Positions 40,030 to 55,329 of a stretch of DNA of 64,000 bases are shown piece after piece. Position 1 is the first letter of the stretch, and each line of letters begins with the position of its first letter. The notes below the pieces were generated by a model. The model saw only the letters and a program-made list of their open reading frames with translations, did no database searches and was not told where the DNA came from. The stretch lies in contig OZ059897.1 of NCBI GenBank assembly GCA_964057225.1, positions 21,328,001-21,392,000 of the forward strand, in the 5' to 3' direction. Source of the stretch: Auanema rhodensis (lineage: Eukaryota; Animalia; Nematoda). The position numbers were made by a program, and so were the translations under genes.

Positions 40030-43000
40030 GTAACTCGCTTCACGTGAAAGATAAAGAGATGCGGTTTTCAAAATTAGATTCCCCATGTCCATATTAGTCT
40101 AAAAACAAATTTTTATTGATATTGGTTCATGGTAACCATGACTTTGAAATTTACGTGAACTTTATTTTATGCTAATTAAATGTACACGTGATGTGCACTT
40201 GGTATGTAACTCGCTTCACGTGAAAGATAAAGAGATGCGGTTTTCAAAATTAGATTCCCCATGTCCATATTAGTCTAAAAACAAATTTTTATTGATATTG
40301 GTGCATGGTAACCATGACTTTGAAATTTACGTGAACTTTAATTTATGCTAATTAAATGTACACGTGATGTGCACTTGGTATGTAACTCGCTTCACGTAAA
40401 AGATGAAGAGATGCGGTTTTCAAAATTAGATTCCTCATGTCCATATTAGTCTAAAAACAAATTTTTATTGATATTGGTGCATGGTAACCATGACTTTGAA
40501 ATTTACGTGAACTTTAATTTATGCTAATTAAATGTACACGTGATGTGCACTTGGTATGTAACTCGCTTCACGTGAAAGATCAAGAGATGCGGTTTTCAAA
40601 ATTAGATTCCCCATGTCCATATTAGTCTAAAAACAAATTTTTATTGATATTGGTTCATGGTAACCATGACTTTGAAATTTACGTGAACTTTAATTTATGC
40701 TAATTAAATGTACACGTGATGTGCACTTGGTATGTAACTCGCTTCACGTGAAAGATCAAGAGATGCGGTTTTCAAAATTAGATTCTTCATGTCCATATTA
40801 GTCTAAAAACAAATTTTTATTGATATTGGTGCATGGTAACCATGACTTTGAAATTTACGTGAACTTTAATTTATGCTAATTAAATGTACACGTGATGTGC
40901 ACTTGGTATGTAACTCGCTCCACGTGAAAGATAAAGAGATGCGGTTTTCAAAATTAGATTCCCCATGTCCATATTAGTCTAAAAACAAATTTTTATTGAT
41001 ATTGGTTCATGGTAACCATGACTTTGAAATTTACGTGAACTTTAATTTATGCTAATTAAATGTACACGTGATGTGCACTTGGTATGTAACTCGCTTCACG
41101 TGAAAGATAAAGAGATGCGGTTTTCAAAATTAGATTCCCCATGTCCATATTAGTCTAAAAACAAATTTTTATTGATATTGGTGCATGGTAACCATGACTT
41201 TGAAATTTACGTGAACTTTAATTTATGCTAATTAAATGTACACGTGATGTGCACTTGGTATGGAACTCGCTTCACGAGAAAGATAAAGAGATGCGGTTTT
41301 CAAAATTAGATTCCCCATGTCCATATTAGTCTAAAAACAAATTTTTATTGATATTGGTGCATGGTAACCATGACTTTGAAATTTACGTGAACTTTAATTT
41401 ATGCTAATTAAATGTACACGTGATGTGCACTTGGTATGGAACTCGCTTCACGTGAAAGATAAAGAGATTCGGTTTTCAAAATTAGATTCCCCATGTCCAT
41501 ATTAGTCTAAAAACAAATTTTTATTGATATTGGTGCATGGTAACCATGACTTTGAAATTTACGTGAACTTTAATTTATGCTAATTAAATGTACACGTGAT
41601 GTGCACTTGGTATGTAACTCGCTTCACGTGAAGGATCAAGAGATGCGGTTTTCAAAATTAGATTCCCCATGTCCATATTAGTCTAAAAACAAATTTTTAT
41701 TGATATTGGTGCATGGTAACCATAACTTTGAAATTTACGTGAACTTTAATTTATGCTAATTAAATGTACACGTGATGTGCACTTGGTATGTAACTCGCTC
41801 CACGTGAAAGATAAAGAGATGCGGTTTTCAAAATTAGATTCCCCATGTCCATATTAGTCTAAAAACAAATTTTTATTGATATTGGTGCATGGTAACCATG
41901 ACTTTGAAATTTACGTGAACTTTAATTTATGCTAATTAAATGTACACGTGATGTGCACTTGGTATGTAACTCGCTTCACGTAAAAGATAAAGAGATGCGG
42001 TTTTCAAAATTAGATTCCCCATGTCCATATTAGTCTAAAAACAAATTTTTATTGATATTGGTTCATGGTAACCATGACTTTGAAATTTACGTGAACTTTA
42101 ATTTATGCTAATTAAATGTACACGTGATGTGCACTTGGTATGTAACTCGCTTCACGTGAAAGATAAAGAGATGCGGTTTTCAAAATTAGATTCCCCATGT
42201 CCATATTAGTCTAAAAACAAATTTTTATTGATATTGGTTCATGGTAACCATGACTTTGAAATTTACGTGAACTTTAATTTATGCTAATTAAATGTACACG
42301 TGATGTGCACTTGGTATGTAACTCGCTTCACGTGAAAGATAAAGAGATTCGGTTTTCAAAATTAGATTCCCCATGTCCATATTAGTCTAAAAACAAATTT
42401 TTATTGATATTGGTGCATGGTAACCATGACTTTGAAATTTACGTGAACTTTAATTTATGCTAATTAAATGTACACGTGATGTGCACTTGGTATGTAACTC
42501 GCTTCACGAGAAAGATAAAGAGATGCGGTTTTCAAAATTAGATTCCCCATGTCCATATTAGTCTAAAAACAAATTTTTATTGATATTGGTTCATGGTAAC
42601 CATGACTTTGAAATTTACGTGAACTTTAATTTATGCTAATTAAATGTACACGTGATGTGCACTTGGTATGTAACTCGCTTCACGTAAAAGATAAAGAGAT
42701 GCGGTTTTCAAAATTAGATTCCCCATGTCCATATTAGTCTAAAAACAAATTTTTATTGATATTGGTTCATGGTAACCATGACTTTGAAATTTACGTGAAC
42801 TTTAATTTATGCTAATTAAATGTACACGTGATGTGCACTTGGTATGTAACTCGCTTCACGTGAAAGATAAAGAGATGCGGTTTTCAAAATTAGATTCCCC
42901 ATGTCCATATTAGTCTAAAAACAAATTTTTATTGATATTGGTTCATGGTAACCATGACTTTGAAATTTACGTGAACTTTAATTTATGCTAATTAAATGTA

Positions 43001-46000
43001 CACGTGATGTGCACTTGGTATGTAACTTGCTTCACGTGAAAGATAAAGAGATGCGGTTTTCAAAATTAGATTCCCCATGTCCATATTAGTCTAAAAACAA
43101 ATTTTTATTGATATTGGTTCATGGTAACCATGACTTTGAAATTTACGTGAACTTTAATTTATGCTAATTAAATGTACACGTGATGTGCACTTGGTATGTA
43201 ACTCGCTTCACGTGAAAGATAAAGAAATGCGGTTTTCAAAATTAGATTCCCCATGTCCATATTAGTCTAAAAACAATTTTTTTTGATATTGGTGCATGGT
43301 AACCAAGACTTTGAAATTTACGTGAACTTTAATTTATGCTAATTAAATGTACACGTGATGTGCACTTGGTATGTAACTCGCTTCACGTGAAAGATGAAGA
43401 GATGCGGTTTTCAAAATTAGATTCCCCATGTCCATATTAGTCTAAAAATAAATTTTTATTGATATTGGTTCATGGTAACCATGACTTTGAAATTTACGTG
43501 AACTTTAATTTATGCTAATTAAATGTACACGTGATGTGCACTTGGTTTGTAACTCGCTCCACGTGAAAGATAAAGAGATGCGGTTTTCAAAATTAGATTC
43601 CCCATGTCCATATTAGTCTAAAAACAAATTTTTATTGATATTGGTTCATGGTAACCATGACTTTGAAATTTACGTGAACTTTAATTTATGCTAATTAAAT
43701 GTACACGTGATGTGCACTTGGTATGTAACTCGCTTCACGTGAAAGATAAAGAGATGCGGTTTTCAAAATTAGATTCCCCATGTCCATATTAGTCTAAAAA
43801 CAAATTTTTATTGATATTGGTTCATGGTAACCATGACTTTGAAATTTACGTGAACTTTATTTTATGCTAATTAAATGTACACGTGATGTGCACTTGGTAT
43901 GTAACTCGCTTCACGTGAAAGATAAAGAGATGCGGTTTTCAAAATTAGATTCCCCATGTCCATATTAGTCTAAAAACAAATTTTTATTGATATTGGTGCA
44001 TGGTAACCATGACTTTGAAATTTACGTGAACTTTAATTTATGCTAATTAAATGTACACGTGATGTGCACTTGGTATGTAACTCGCTTCACGTGAAAGATA
44101 AAGAGATGCGGTTTTCAAAATTAGATTCCCCATGTCCATATTAGTCTAAAAACAAATTTTTATTGATATTGGTTCATGGTAACCATGACTTTGAAATTTA
44201 CGTGAACTTTAATTTATGCTAATTAAATGTACACGTGATGTGCACTTGGTATGTAACTCGCTTCACGTGAAAGATAAAGAGATTCGGTTTTCAAAATTAG
44301 ATTCCCCATGTCCATATTAGTCTAAAAACAAATTTTTATTGATATTGGTGCATGGTAACCATGACTTTGAAATTTACGTGAACTTTAATTTATGCTAATT
44401 AAATGTACACGTGATGTGCACTTGGTATGTAACTCGCTTCACGAGAAAGATAAAGAGATGCGGTTTTCAAAATTAGATTCCCCATGTCCATATTAGTCTA
44501 AAAACAAATTTTTATTGATATTGGTTCATGGTAACCATGACTTTGAAATTTACGTGAACTTTAATTTATGCTAATTAAATGTACACGTGATGTGCACTTG
44601 GTATGTAACTCGCTTCACGTAAAAGATAAAGAGATGCGGTTTTCAAAATTAGATTCCCCATGTCCATATTAGTCTAAAAACAAATTTTTATTGATATTGG
44701 TTCATGGTAACCATGACTTTGAAATTTACGTGAACTTTAATTTATGCTAATTAAATGTACACGTGATGTGCACTTGGTATGTAACTCGCTTCACGTGAAA
44801 GATAAAGAGATGCGGTTTTCAAAATTAGATTCCCCATGTCCATATTAGTCTAAAAACAAATTTTTATTGATATTGGTTCATGGTAACCATGACTTTGAAA
44901 TTTACGTGAACTTTAATTTATGCTAATTAAATGTACACGTGATGTGCACTTGGTATGTAACTTGCTTCACGTGAAAGATAAAGAGATGCGGTTTTCAAAA
45001 TTAGATTCCCCATGTCCATATTAGTCTAAAAACAAATTTTTATTGATATTGGTTCATGGTAACCATGACTTTGAAATTTACGTGAACTTTAATTTATGCT
45101 AATTAAATGTACACGTGATGTGCACTTGGTATGTAACTCGCTTCACGTGAAAGATAAAGAAATGCGGTTTTCAAAATTAGATTCCCCATGTCCATATTAG
45201 TCTAAAAACAATTTTTTTTGATATTGGTGCATGGTAACCAAGACTTTGAAATTTACGTGAACTTTAATTTATGCTAATTAAATGTACACGTGATGTGCAC
45301 TTGGTATGTAACTCGCTTCACGTGAAAGATGAAGAGATGCGGTTTTCAAAATTAGATTCCCCATGTCCATATTAGTCTAAAAATAAATTTTTATTGATAT
45401 TGGTTCATGGTAACCATGACTTTGAAATTTACGTGAACTTTAATTTATGCTAATTAAATGTACACGTGATGTGCACTTGGTATGTAACTCGCTTCACGTG
45501 AAAGATAAAGAGATGCGGTTTTCAAAATTAGATTCCCCATGTCCATATTAGTCTAAAAACAAATTTTTATTGATATTGGTTCATGGTAACCATGACTTTG
45601 AAATTTACGTGAACTTTATTTTATGCTAATTAAATGTACACGTGATGTGCACTTGGTATGTAACTCGCTTCACGTGAAAGATAAAGAGATGCGGTTTTCA
45701 AAATTAGATTCCCCATGTCCATATTAGTCTAAAAACAAATTTTTATTGATATTGGTGCATGGTAACCATGACTTTGAAATTTACGTGAACTTTAATTTAT
45801 GCTAATTAAATGTACACGTGATGTGCACTTGGTATGTAACTCGCTTCACGTAAAAGATGAAGAGATGCGGTTTTCAAAATTAGATTCCTCATGTCCATAT
45901 TAGTCTAAAAACAAATTTTTATTGATATTGGTGCATGGTAACCATGACTTTGAAATTTACGTGAACTTTAATTTATGCTAATTAAATGTACACGTGATGT

Positions 46001-48475
46001 GCACTTGGTATGTAACTCGCTTCACGTGAAAGATCAAGAGATGCGGTTTTCAAAATTAGATTCCCCATGTCCATATTAGTCTAAAAACAAATTTTTATTG
46101 ATATTGGTTCATGGTAACCATGACTTTGAAATTTACGTGAACTTTAATTTATGCTAATTAAATGTACACGTGATGTGCACTTGGTATGTAACTCGCTTCA
46201 CGTGAAAGATCAAGAGATGCGGTTTTCAAAATTAGATTCTTCATGTCCATATTAGTCTAAAAACAAATTTTTATTGATATTGGTGCATGGTAACCATGAC
46301 TTTGAAATTTACGTGAACTTTAATTTATGCTAATTAAATGTACACGTGATGTGCACTTGGTATGTAACTCGCTCCACGTGAAAGATAAAGAGATGCGGTT
46401 TTCAAAATTAGATTCCCCATGTCCATATTAGTCTAAAAACAAATTTTTATTGATATTGGTTCATGGTAACCATGACTTTGAAATTTACGTGAACTTTAAT
46501 TTATGCTAATTAAATGTACACGTGATGTGCACTTGGTATGTAACTCGCTTCACGTGAAAGATAAAGAGATGCGGTTTTCAAAATTAGATTCCCCATGTCC
46601 ATATTAGTCTAAAAACAAATTTTTATTGATATTGGTGCATGGTAACCATGACTTTGAAATTTACGTGAACTTTAATTTATGCTAATTAAATGTACACGTG
46701 ATGTGCACTTGGTATGGAACTCGCTTCACGAGAAAGATAAAGAGATGCGGTTTTCAAAATTAGATTCCCCATGTCCATATTAGTCTAAAAACAAATTTTT
46801 ATTGATATTGGTGCATGGTAACCATGACTTTGAAATTTACGTGAACTTTAATTTATGCTAATTAAATGTACACGTGATGTGCACTTGGTATGGAACTCGC
46901 TTCACGTGAAAGATAAAGAGATTCGGTTTTCAAAATTAGATTCCCCATGTCCATATTAGTCTAAAAACAAATTTTTATTGATATTGGTGCATGGTAACCA
47001 TGACTTTGAAATTTACGTGAACTTTAATTTATGCTAATTAAATGTACACGTGATGTGCACTTGGTATGTAACTCGCTTCACGTGAAGGATCAAGAGATGC
47101 GGTTTTCAAAATTAGATTCCCCATGTCCATATTAGTCTAAAAACAAATTTTTATTGATATTGGTGCATGGTAACCATAACTTTGAAATTTACGTGAACTT
47201 TAATTTATGCTAATTAAATGTACACGTGATGTGCACTTGGTATGTAACTCGCTCCACGTGAAAGATAAAGAGATGCGGTTTTCAAAATTAGATTCCCCAT
47301 GTCCATATTAGTCTAAAAACAAATTTTTATTGATATTGGTGCATGGTAACCATGACTTTGAAATTTACGTGAACTTTAATTTATGCTAATTAAATGTACA
47401 CGTGATGTGCACTTGGTATGTAACTCGCTTCACGTAAAAGATAAAGAGATGCGGTTTTCAAAATTAGATTCCCCATGTCCATATTAGTCTAAAAACAAAT
47501 TTTTATTGATATTGGTTCATGGTAACCATGACTTTGAAATTTACGTGAACTTTAATTTATGCTAATTAAATGTACACGTGATGTGCACTTGGTATGTAAC
47601 TCGCTTCACGTGAAAGATAAAGAGATGCGGTTTTCAAAATTAGATTCCCCATGTCCATATTAGTCTAAAAACAAATTTTTATTGATATTGGTTCATGGTA
47701 ACCATGACTTTGAAATTTACGTGAACTTTAATTTATGCTAATTAAATGTACACGTGATGTGCACTTGGTATGTAACTCGCTTCACGTGAAAGATAAAGAG
47801 ATTCGGTTTTCAAAATTAGATTCCCCATGTCCATATTAGTCTAAAAACAAATTTTTATTGATATTGGTGCATGGTAACCATGACTTTGAAATTTACGTGA
47901 ACTTTAATTTATGCTAATTAAATGTACACGTGATGTGCACTTGGTATGTAACTCGCTTCACGAGAAAGATAAAGAGATGCGGTTTTCAAAATTAGATTCC
48001 TCATGTCCATATTAGTCTAAAAACAAATTTTTATTGATATTGGTTCATGGTAACCATGACTTTGAAATTTACGTGAACTTTAATTTATGCTAATTAAATG
48101 TACACGTGATGTGCACTTGGTATGTAACTCGCTTCACGTAAAAGATAAAGAGATGCGGTTTTCAAAATTAGATTCCCCATGTCCATATTAGTCTAAAAAC
48201 AAATTTTTATTGATATTGGTTCATGGTAACCATGACTTTGAAATTTACGTGAACTTTAATTTATGCTAATTAAATGTACACGTGATGTGCACTTGGTATG
48301 TAACTCGCTTCACGTGAAAGATAAAGAGATGCGGTTTTCAAAATTAGATTCCCCATGTCCATATTAGTCTAAAAACAAATTTTTATTGATATTGGTTCAT
48401 GGTAACCATGACTTTGAAATTTACGTGAACTTTAATTTATGCTAATTAAATGTACACGTGATGTGCACTTGGTAT
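40030..48475 (+). repeat. Two copies of a block of about 17 monomers (about 40030-43020 and 45485-48475), offset 5454 bp (31 monomers minus 2 bp)
   Basis: Markers: tttaTttt 40165/45619, gaaGgatC 41633/47087, catAac 41724/47178. Confidence 0.88.
42150..45480 (+). repeat. Block of about 8 monomers repeated at a 1935-bp offset (11 monomers minus 1 bp)
   Basis: Markers: gatTc 42349/44284, aactTgc 43028/44963, agaAatgc 43226/45161. Confidence 0.82.
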
Positions 48476-51400
48476 GTAACTCGCTTCACGTGAAAGATAA
48501 AGAGATGCGGTTTTCAAAATTAGATTCCCCATGTCCATATTAGTCTAAAAACAAATTTTTATTGATATTGGTTCATGGTAACCATGACTTTGAAATTTAC
48601 GTGAACTTTATTTTATGCTAATTAAATGTACACGTGATGTGCACTTGGTATGTAACTCGCTTCACGTAAAAGATGAAGAGATGCGGTTTTCAAAATTAGA
48701 TTCCCCATGTCCATATTAGTCTAAAAACAAATTTTTATTGATATTGGTGCATGGTAACCATGACTTTGAAATTTACGTGAACTTTAATTTATGCTAATTA
48801 AATGTACACGTGATGTGCACTTGGTATGTAACTCGCTTCACGTAAAAGATGAAGAGATGCGGTTTTCAAAATTAGATTCCCCATGTCCATATTAGTCTAA
48901 AAACAAATTTTTATTGATATTGGTTCATGGTAACCATGACTTTGAAATTTACGTGAACTTTAATTTATGCTAAATAAATGTACACGTGATGTGCACTTGG
49001 TATGTAACTCGCTTCACGTGAAAGATAAAGAGATGCGGTTTTCAAAATTAGATTCCCCATGTCCATATTAGTCTAAAAACAAATTTTTATCGATATTGGT
49101 GCATGGTAACCATGACTTTGAAATTTACGTGAACTTTAATTTATGCTAATTAAATGTACACGTGATGTGCACTTGGTATGTAACTCGCTTCACGTGAAAG
49201 ATAACGAGATGCGGTTTTCAAAATTAGATTCCCCATGTCCATATTAGTCTGAAAACAAATTTTTATTGATATTGGTGCATGGTAACCATGACTTTGAAAT
49301 TTACGTGAACTTTAATTTGTGCTAATTAAATGTACACGTGATGTGCTCTTGGTATGTAACTCGCTTCACGTGAAAGATAAAGAGATGCGGTTTTCAAAAT
49401 TAGATTCCCCATGTCCATATTAGTCTAAAAACAAATTTTTATTGATATTGGTTCATGGTAACCATGACTTTGAAATTTACGTGAACTTTAATTTATGCTA
49501 ATTAAATGTACACGTGATGTGCACTTTGTATGTAACTCGCTTCACGTGAAAGATAAAGAGATGCGGTTTTCAAAATTAGATTCCCCATGTCCATATTAGT
49601 CTAAAAACAAATTTTTATTGATATTGGTGCATGGTAACCATGACTTTGAAATTTACGTGAACTTTAATTTATGCTAATTAAATGTACACGTGATGTGCAC
49701 TTGGTATGTAACTCGCTTCACGTGAAAGATAAAGAGATGCGGTTTTCAAAATTAGATTCCCCATGTCCATATTAGTCTAAAAACAAATTTTATTGATATT
49801 GGTTCATGGTAACCATGACTTTGAAATTTACGTGAACTTTAATTTATGCTAATTAAATGTACACGTGATGTGCACTTGGTATGTAACTCGCTTCACGTGA
49901 AAGATAAAGAGATGCGGTTTTCAAAATTAGATTCCCCATGTCCATATTAGTCTAAAAACAAATTTTTATTGATATTGGTTCATGGTAACCATGACTTTGA
50001 AATTTACGTGAACTTTAATTTATGCTAATTAAATGTACACGTGATGTGCACTTGGTATGTAACTCGCTTCACGTGAAAGATAAAGAGATGCGGTTTTCAA
50101 AATTAGATTCCCCATGTCCATATTAGTCTAAAAACAAATTTTTATTGATATTGGTTCATGGTAACCATGACTTTGAAATTTACGTGAACTTTAATTTATG
50201 CTAATTAAATGTACACGTGATGTGCACTTGGTATGTAACTCGCTTCACGTGAAAGATAAAGAGATGCGGTTTTCAAAATTAGATTCCCCATGTCCATATT
50301 AGTCTAAAAACAAATTTTTATTGATATTGGTGCATGGTAACCATGACTTTGAAATTTACGTGAACTTTAATTTATGCTAATTAAATGTACACGTGATGTG
50401 CACTTGGTATGTAACTCGCTTCACGTGAAAGATAAAGAGATGCGGTTTTCAAAATTAGATTCCCCATGTCCATATTAGTCTAAAAACAAATTTTATTGAT
50501 ATTGGTTCATGGTAACCATGACTTTGAAATTTACGTGAACTTTAATTTATGCTAATTAAATGTACACGTGATGTGCACTTGGTATGTAACTCGCTTCACG
50601 TGAAAGATAAAGAGATGCGGTTTTCAAAATTAGATTCCCCATGTCCATATTAGTCTAAAAACAAATTTTTATTGATATTGGTTCATGGTAACCATGACTT
50701 TGAAATTTACGTGAACTTTAATTTATGCTAATTAAATGTACACGTGATGTGCACTTGGTATGTAACTCGCTTCACGTGAAAGATAAAGAGATGCGGTTTT
50801 CAAAATTAGATTCCCCATGTCCATATTAGTCTAAAAACAAATTTTTATTGATATTGGTTCATGGTAACCATGACTTTGAAATTTACGTGAACTTTAATTT
50901 ATGCTAATTAAATGTACACGTGATGTGCACTTGGTATGTAACTCGCTTCACGTGAAAGATAAAGAGATGCGGTTTTCAAAATTAGATTCCCCATGTCCAT
51001 ATTAGTCTAAAAACAAATTTTTATTGATATTGGTGCATGGTAACCATGACTTTGAAATTTACGTGAACTTTAATTTATGCTAATTAAATGTACACGTGAT
51101 GTGCACTTGGTATGTAACTCGCTTCACGTGAAAGATAAAGAGATGCGGTTTTCAAAATTAGATTCCCCATGTCCATATTAGTCTAAAAACAAATTTTTTT
51201 GATATTGGTTCATGGTAACCATGACTTTGAAATTTACGTGAACTTTAATTTATGCTAATTAAATGTACATGTGATGTGCACTTGGTATGTAACTCGCTTC
51301 ACGTGAAAGATAAAGAGATGCGGTTTTCAAAATTAGATTCCTCATGTCCATATTAGTCTAAAAACAAATTTTTATTGATATTGGTTCATGGTAACCATGA

Positions 51401-51479
51401 CTTTGAAATTTACGTGAACTTTAATTTATGCTAATTAAATGTACACGTGATGTGCACTTGGTATGTAACTCGCTTCACG

Positions 51480-52183
51480 TGAAAGATAACGAGATGCGGT
51501 TTTCAAAATTAGATTCCCCATGTCTATATTAGTCTGAAAACAAATTTTTATTGATATTGGTGCATGGTAACCATGACTTTGAAATTTACGTGAACTTTAA
51601 TTTGTGCTAATTAAATGTACACGTGATGTGCTCTTGGTATGTAACTCGCTTTACGTGAAAGATAAAGAGATGCGGTTTTCAAAATTAGATTCCCCATGTC
51701 CATATTAGTCTAAAAACAAATTTTTATTGATATTGGTTCATGGTAACCATGACTTTGAAATTTACGTGAACTTTAATTTATGCTAATTAAATGTACACGT
51801 GATGTGCACTTGGTATGTAACTCGCTTCACGTGAAAGATAACGAGATGCGGTTTTCAAAATTAGATTCCCCATGTCTATATTAGTCTGAAAACAAATTTT
51901 TATTGATATTGGTGCATGGTAACCATGACTTTGAAATTTACGTGAACTTTAATTTGTGCTAATTAAATGTACACGTGATGTGCTCTTGGTATGTAACTCG
52001 CTTTACGTGAAAGATAAAGAGATGCGGTTTTCAAAATTAGATTCCCCATGTCCATATTAGTCTAAAAACAAATTTTTATTGATATTGGTTCATGGTAACC
52101 ATGACTTTGAAATTTACGTGAACTTTAATTTATGCTAATTAAATGTACACGTGATGTGCACTTGGTATGTAACTCGCTTCACG
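51480..52183 (+). repeat. Dimer duplication (352 bp) containing the most diverged monomer type
   Basis: A monomer with gataaCg, tcTat, ctGaaa, ggtGc, tttGtgc, gtgcTc and ctTtacg occurs twice (51490/51842). Confidence 0.88.
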
Positions 52184-55100
52184 TTAAAGATAAAGAGATG
52201 CGGTTTTCAAAATTAGATTCCCCATGTCCATATTAGTCTAAAAACAAATTTTTATTGATATTGGTGCATGGTAACCATGACTTTGAAATTTACGTGAACT
52301 TTAATTTATGCTAATTAAATGTACACGTGATGTGCACTTGGTATGTAACTCGCTTCACGTGAAAGATAAAGAGATGCGGTTTTCAAAATTAGATTCCCCA
52401 TGTCCATATTAATCTAAAAACAAATTTTTATTGATATTGGTTCATGGTAACCATGACTTTGAAATTTACGTAAACTTTAATTTATGCTAATTAAATGTAC
52501 ACGTGATGTGCACTTGGTATGTAACTCGCTTCACGTGAAAGATAAAGAGATGCGGTTTTCAAAATTAGATTCCCCATGTCCATATTAGTCTAAAAACAAA
52601 TTTTTATTGATATTGGTTCATGGTAACCATGACTTTGAAATTTACGTGAACTTTAATTTATGCTAATTAAATGTACACGTGATGTGCACTTGGTATGTAA
52701 CTCGCTTCACGTGAAAGATAAAGAGATGCGGTTTTCAAAATTAGATTCCCCATGTCCATATTAGTCTAAAAACAAATTTTTATTGATATTGGTGCATGGT
52801 AACCATGACTTTGAAATTTACGTGAACTTTAATTTATGCTAATTAAATGTACACGTGATGTGCACTTGGTATGTAACTCGCTTCACGTGAAAGATAAAGA
52901 GATGCGGTTTTCAAAATTAGATTCCCCATGTCCATATTAGTCTAAAAACAAATTTTTTTGATATTGGTGCATGGTAACCAAGACTTTGAAATTTACGTGA
53001 ACTTTAATTTATGCTAATTAAATGTACACGTGATGTGCACTTGGTATGTAACTCGCTTCACGTGAAAGATGAAGAGATGCGGTTTTCAAAATTAGATTCC
53101 CCATGTCCATATTAGTCTAAAACAAATTTTTATTGATATTGGTTCATGGTAACCATGACTTTGAAATTTACGTGAACTTTAATTTATGCTAATTAAATGT
53201 ACACGTGATGTGCACTTGGTATGTAACTCGCTTCACGTGAAAGATAAAGAGATGCGGTTTTCAAAATTAGATTCCCCATGTCCATATTAATCTAAAAACA
53301 AATTTTTATTGATATTGGTTCATGGTAACCATGACTTTGAAATTTACGTGAACTTTAATTTATGCTAATTAAATGTACACGTGATGTGCACTTGGTATGT
53401 AACTCGCTTCAGGTGAAAGATAAAGAGATGCGGTTTTCAAAATTAGATTCCCCATGTCCATATTAGTCTAAAAACAAATTTTTATTGATATTGGTTCATG
53501 GTAACCATGACTTTGAAATTTACGTGAACTTTAATTTATGCTAATTAAATGTACACGTGATGTGCACTTGGTATGTAACTCGCTTCACGTGAAAGATAAA
53601 GAGATGCGGTTTTCAAAATTAGATTCCCCATGTCCATATTAGTCTAAAAACAAATTTTTATTGATATTGGTGCATGGTAACCATGACTTTGAAATTTACG
53701 TGAACTTTAATTTATGCTAATTAAATGTACACGTGATGTGCACTTGGTATGTAACTCGCTTCACGTGAAAGAGAAAGAGATGCGGTTTTCAAAATTAGAT
53801 TCCCCATGTCCATATTAGTCTAAAAACAAATTTTTTTGATATTGGTGCATGGTAACCAAGACTTTGAAATTTACGTGAACTTTAATTTATGCTAATTAAA
53901 TGTACACGTGATGTGCACTTGGTATGTAACTCGCTTCACGTGAAAGATGAAGAGATGCGGTTTTCAAAATTAGATTCCCCATGTCCATATTAGTCTAAAA
54001 CAAATTTTTATTGATATTGGTTCATTTTAACCATGACTTTGAAATTTACGTGAACTTTAATTTATGCTAATTAAATGTACACGTGATGTGCACTTGGTAT
54101 GTAACTCGCTCCACGTGAAAGATAAAGAGATGCGGTTTTCAAAATTAGATTCCCCATGTCCATATTAGTCTAAAAACAAATTTTTATTGATATTGGTTCA
54201 TGGTAACCATGACTTTGAAATTTACGTGAACTTTAATTTATGCTAATTAAATGTACACGTGATGTGCACTTGGTATGTAACTCGCTTCACGTGAAAGATA
54301 AAGAGATGCGGTTTTCAAAATTAGATTTCCCATGTCCATATTAGTCTAAAAAGAAATTTTTATTGATATTGGTTCATGGTAACCATGACTTTGAAATTTA
54401 CGTGAACTTTATTTTATGCTAATTAAATGTACACGTGATGTGCACTTGGTATGTAACTCGCTTCACGTGAAAGATAAAGAGATGCGGTTTTCAAAATTAG
54501 ATTCCCCATGTCCATATTAGTCTAAAAACAAATTTTTATTGATATTGGTGCATGGTAACCATGACTTTGAAATTTACGTGAACTTTAATTTATGCTAATT
54601 AAATGTACACGTGATCTGCACTTGGTATGTAACTCGCTTCACGTAAAAGATGAAGAGATGCGGTTTTCAAAATTAGATTCCTCATGTCCATATTAGTCTA
54701 AAAACAAATTTTTATTGATATTGGTGCATGGTAACCATGACTTTGAAATTTACGTGAACTTTAATTTATGCTAATTAAATGTACACGTGATGTGCACTTG
54801 GTATGTAACTCGCTTCACGTGAAAGATCAAGAGATGCGGTTTTCAAAATTAGATTCCCCATGTCCATATTAGTCTAAAAACACATTTTTATTGATATTGG
54901 TTCATGGTAACCATGACTTTGAAATTTACGTGAACTTTAATTTATGCTAATTAAATGTACACGTGATGTGCACTTGGTATGTAACTCGCTTCACGTGAGA
55001 GATAAAGAGATGCGGTTTTCAAAATTAGATTCCTCATGTCCATATTAGTCTAAAAACAAATTTTTATTGATATTGGTGCATGGTAACCATGACTTTGAAA

Positions 55101-55329
55101 TTTACGTGAACTTTAATTTATGCTAATTAAATGTACACGTGATCTGCACTTGGTATGTAACTCGCTTCACGTGAAAGATAAAGAGATGCGGTTTTCAAAA
55201 TTAGATTTCCCATGTCCATATTAGTCTAAAAACAAATTTTTTTTGATATTGGTTCATGGTAACCATGACTTTGAAATTTACGTGAACTTTATTTTATGCT
55301 AATTAAATGTACACGTGATGTGCACTTGG

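Larger units (their letters stand above)
28396..40919 (+). repeat. Three tandem copies of a higher-order repeat: 26-mer (4511 bp), 23-mer (3983 bp), partial 26-mer
   Basis: Markers: aactTgc 30311+30839 / 34822 / 38805+39333; caaTtttttttg at about 31088/35071/39582; attcTTcat 32292/36275/40786. The shared deletion junction starts each copy. Confidence 0.9.
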
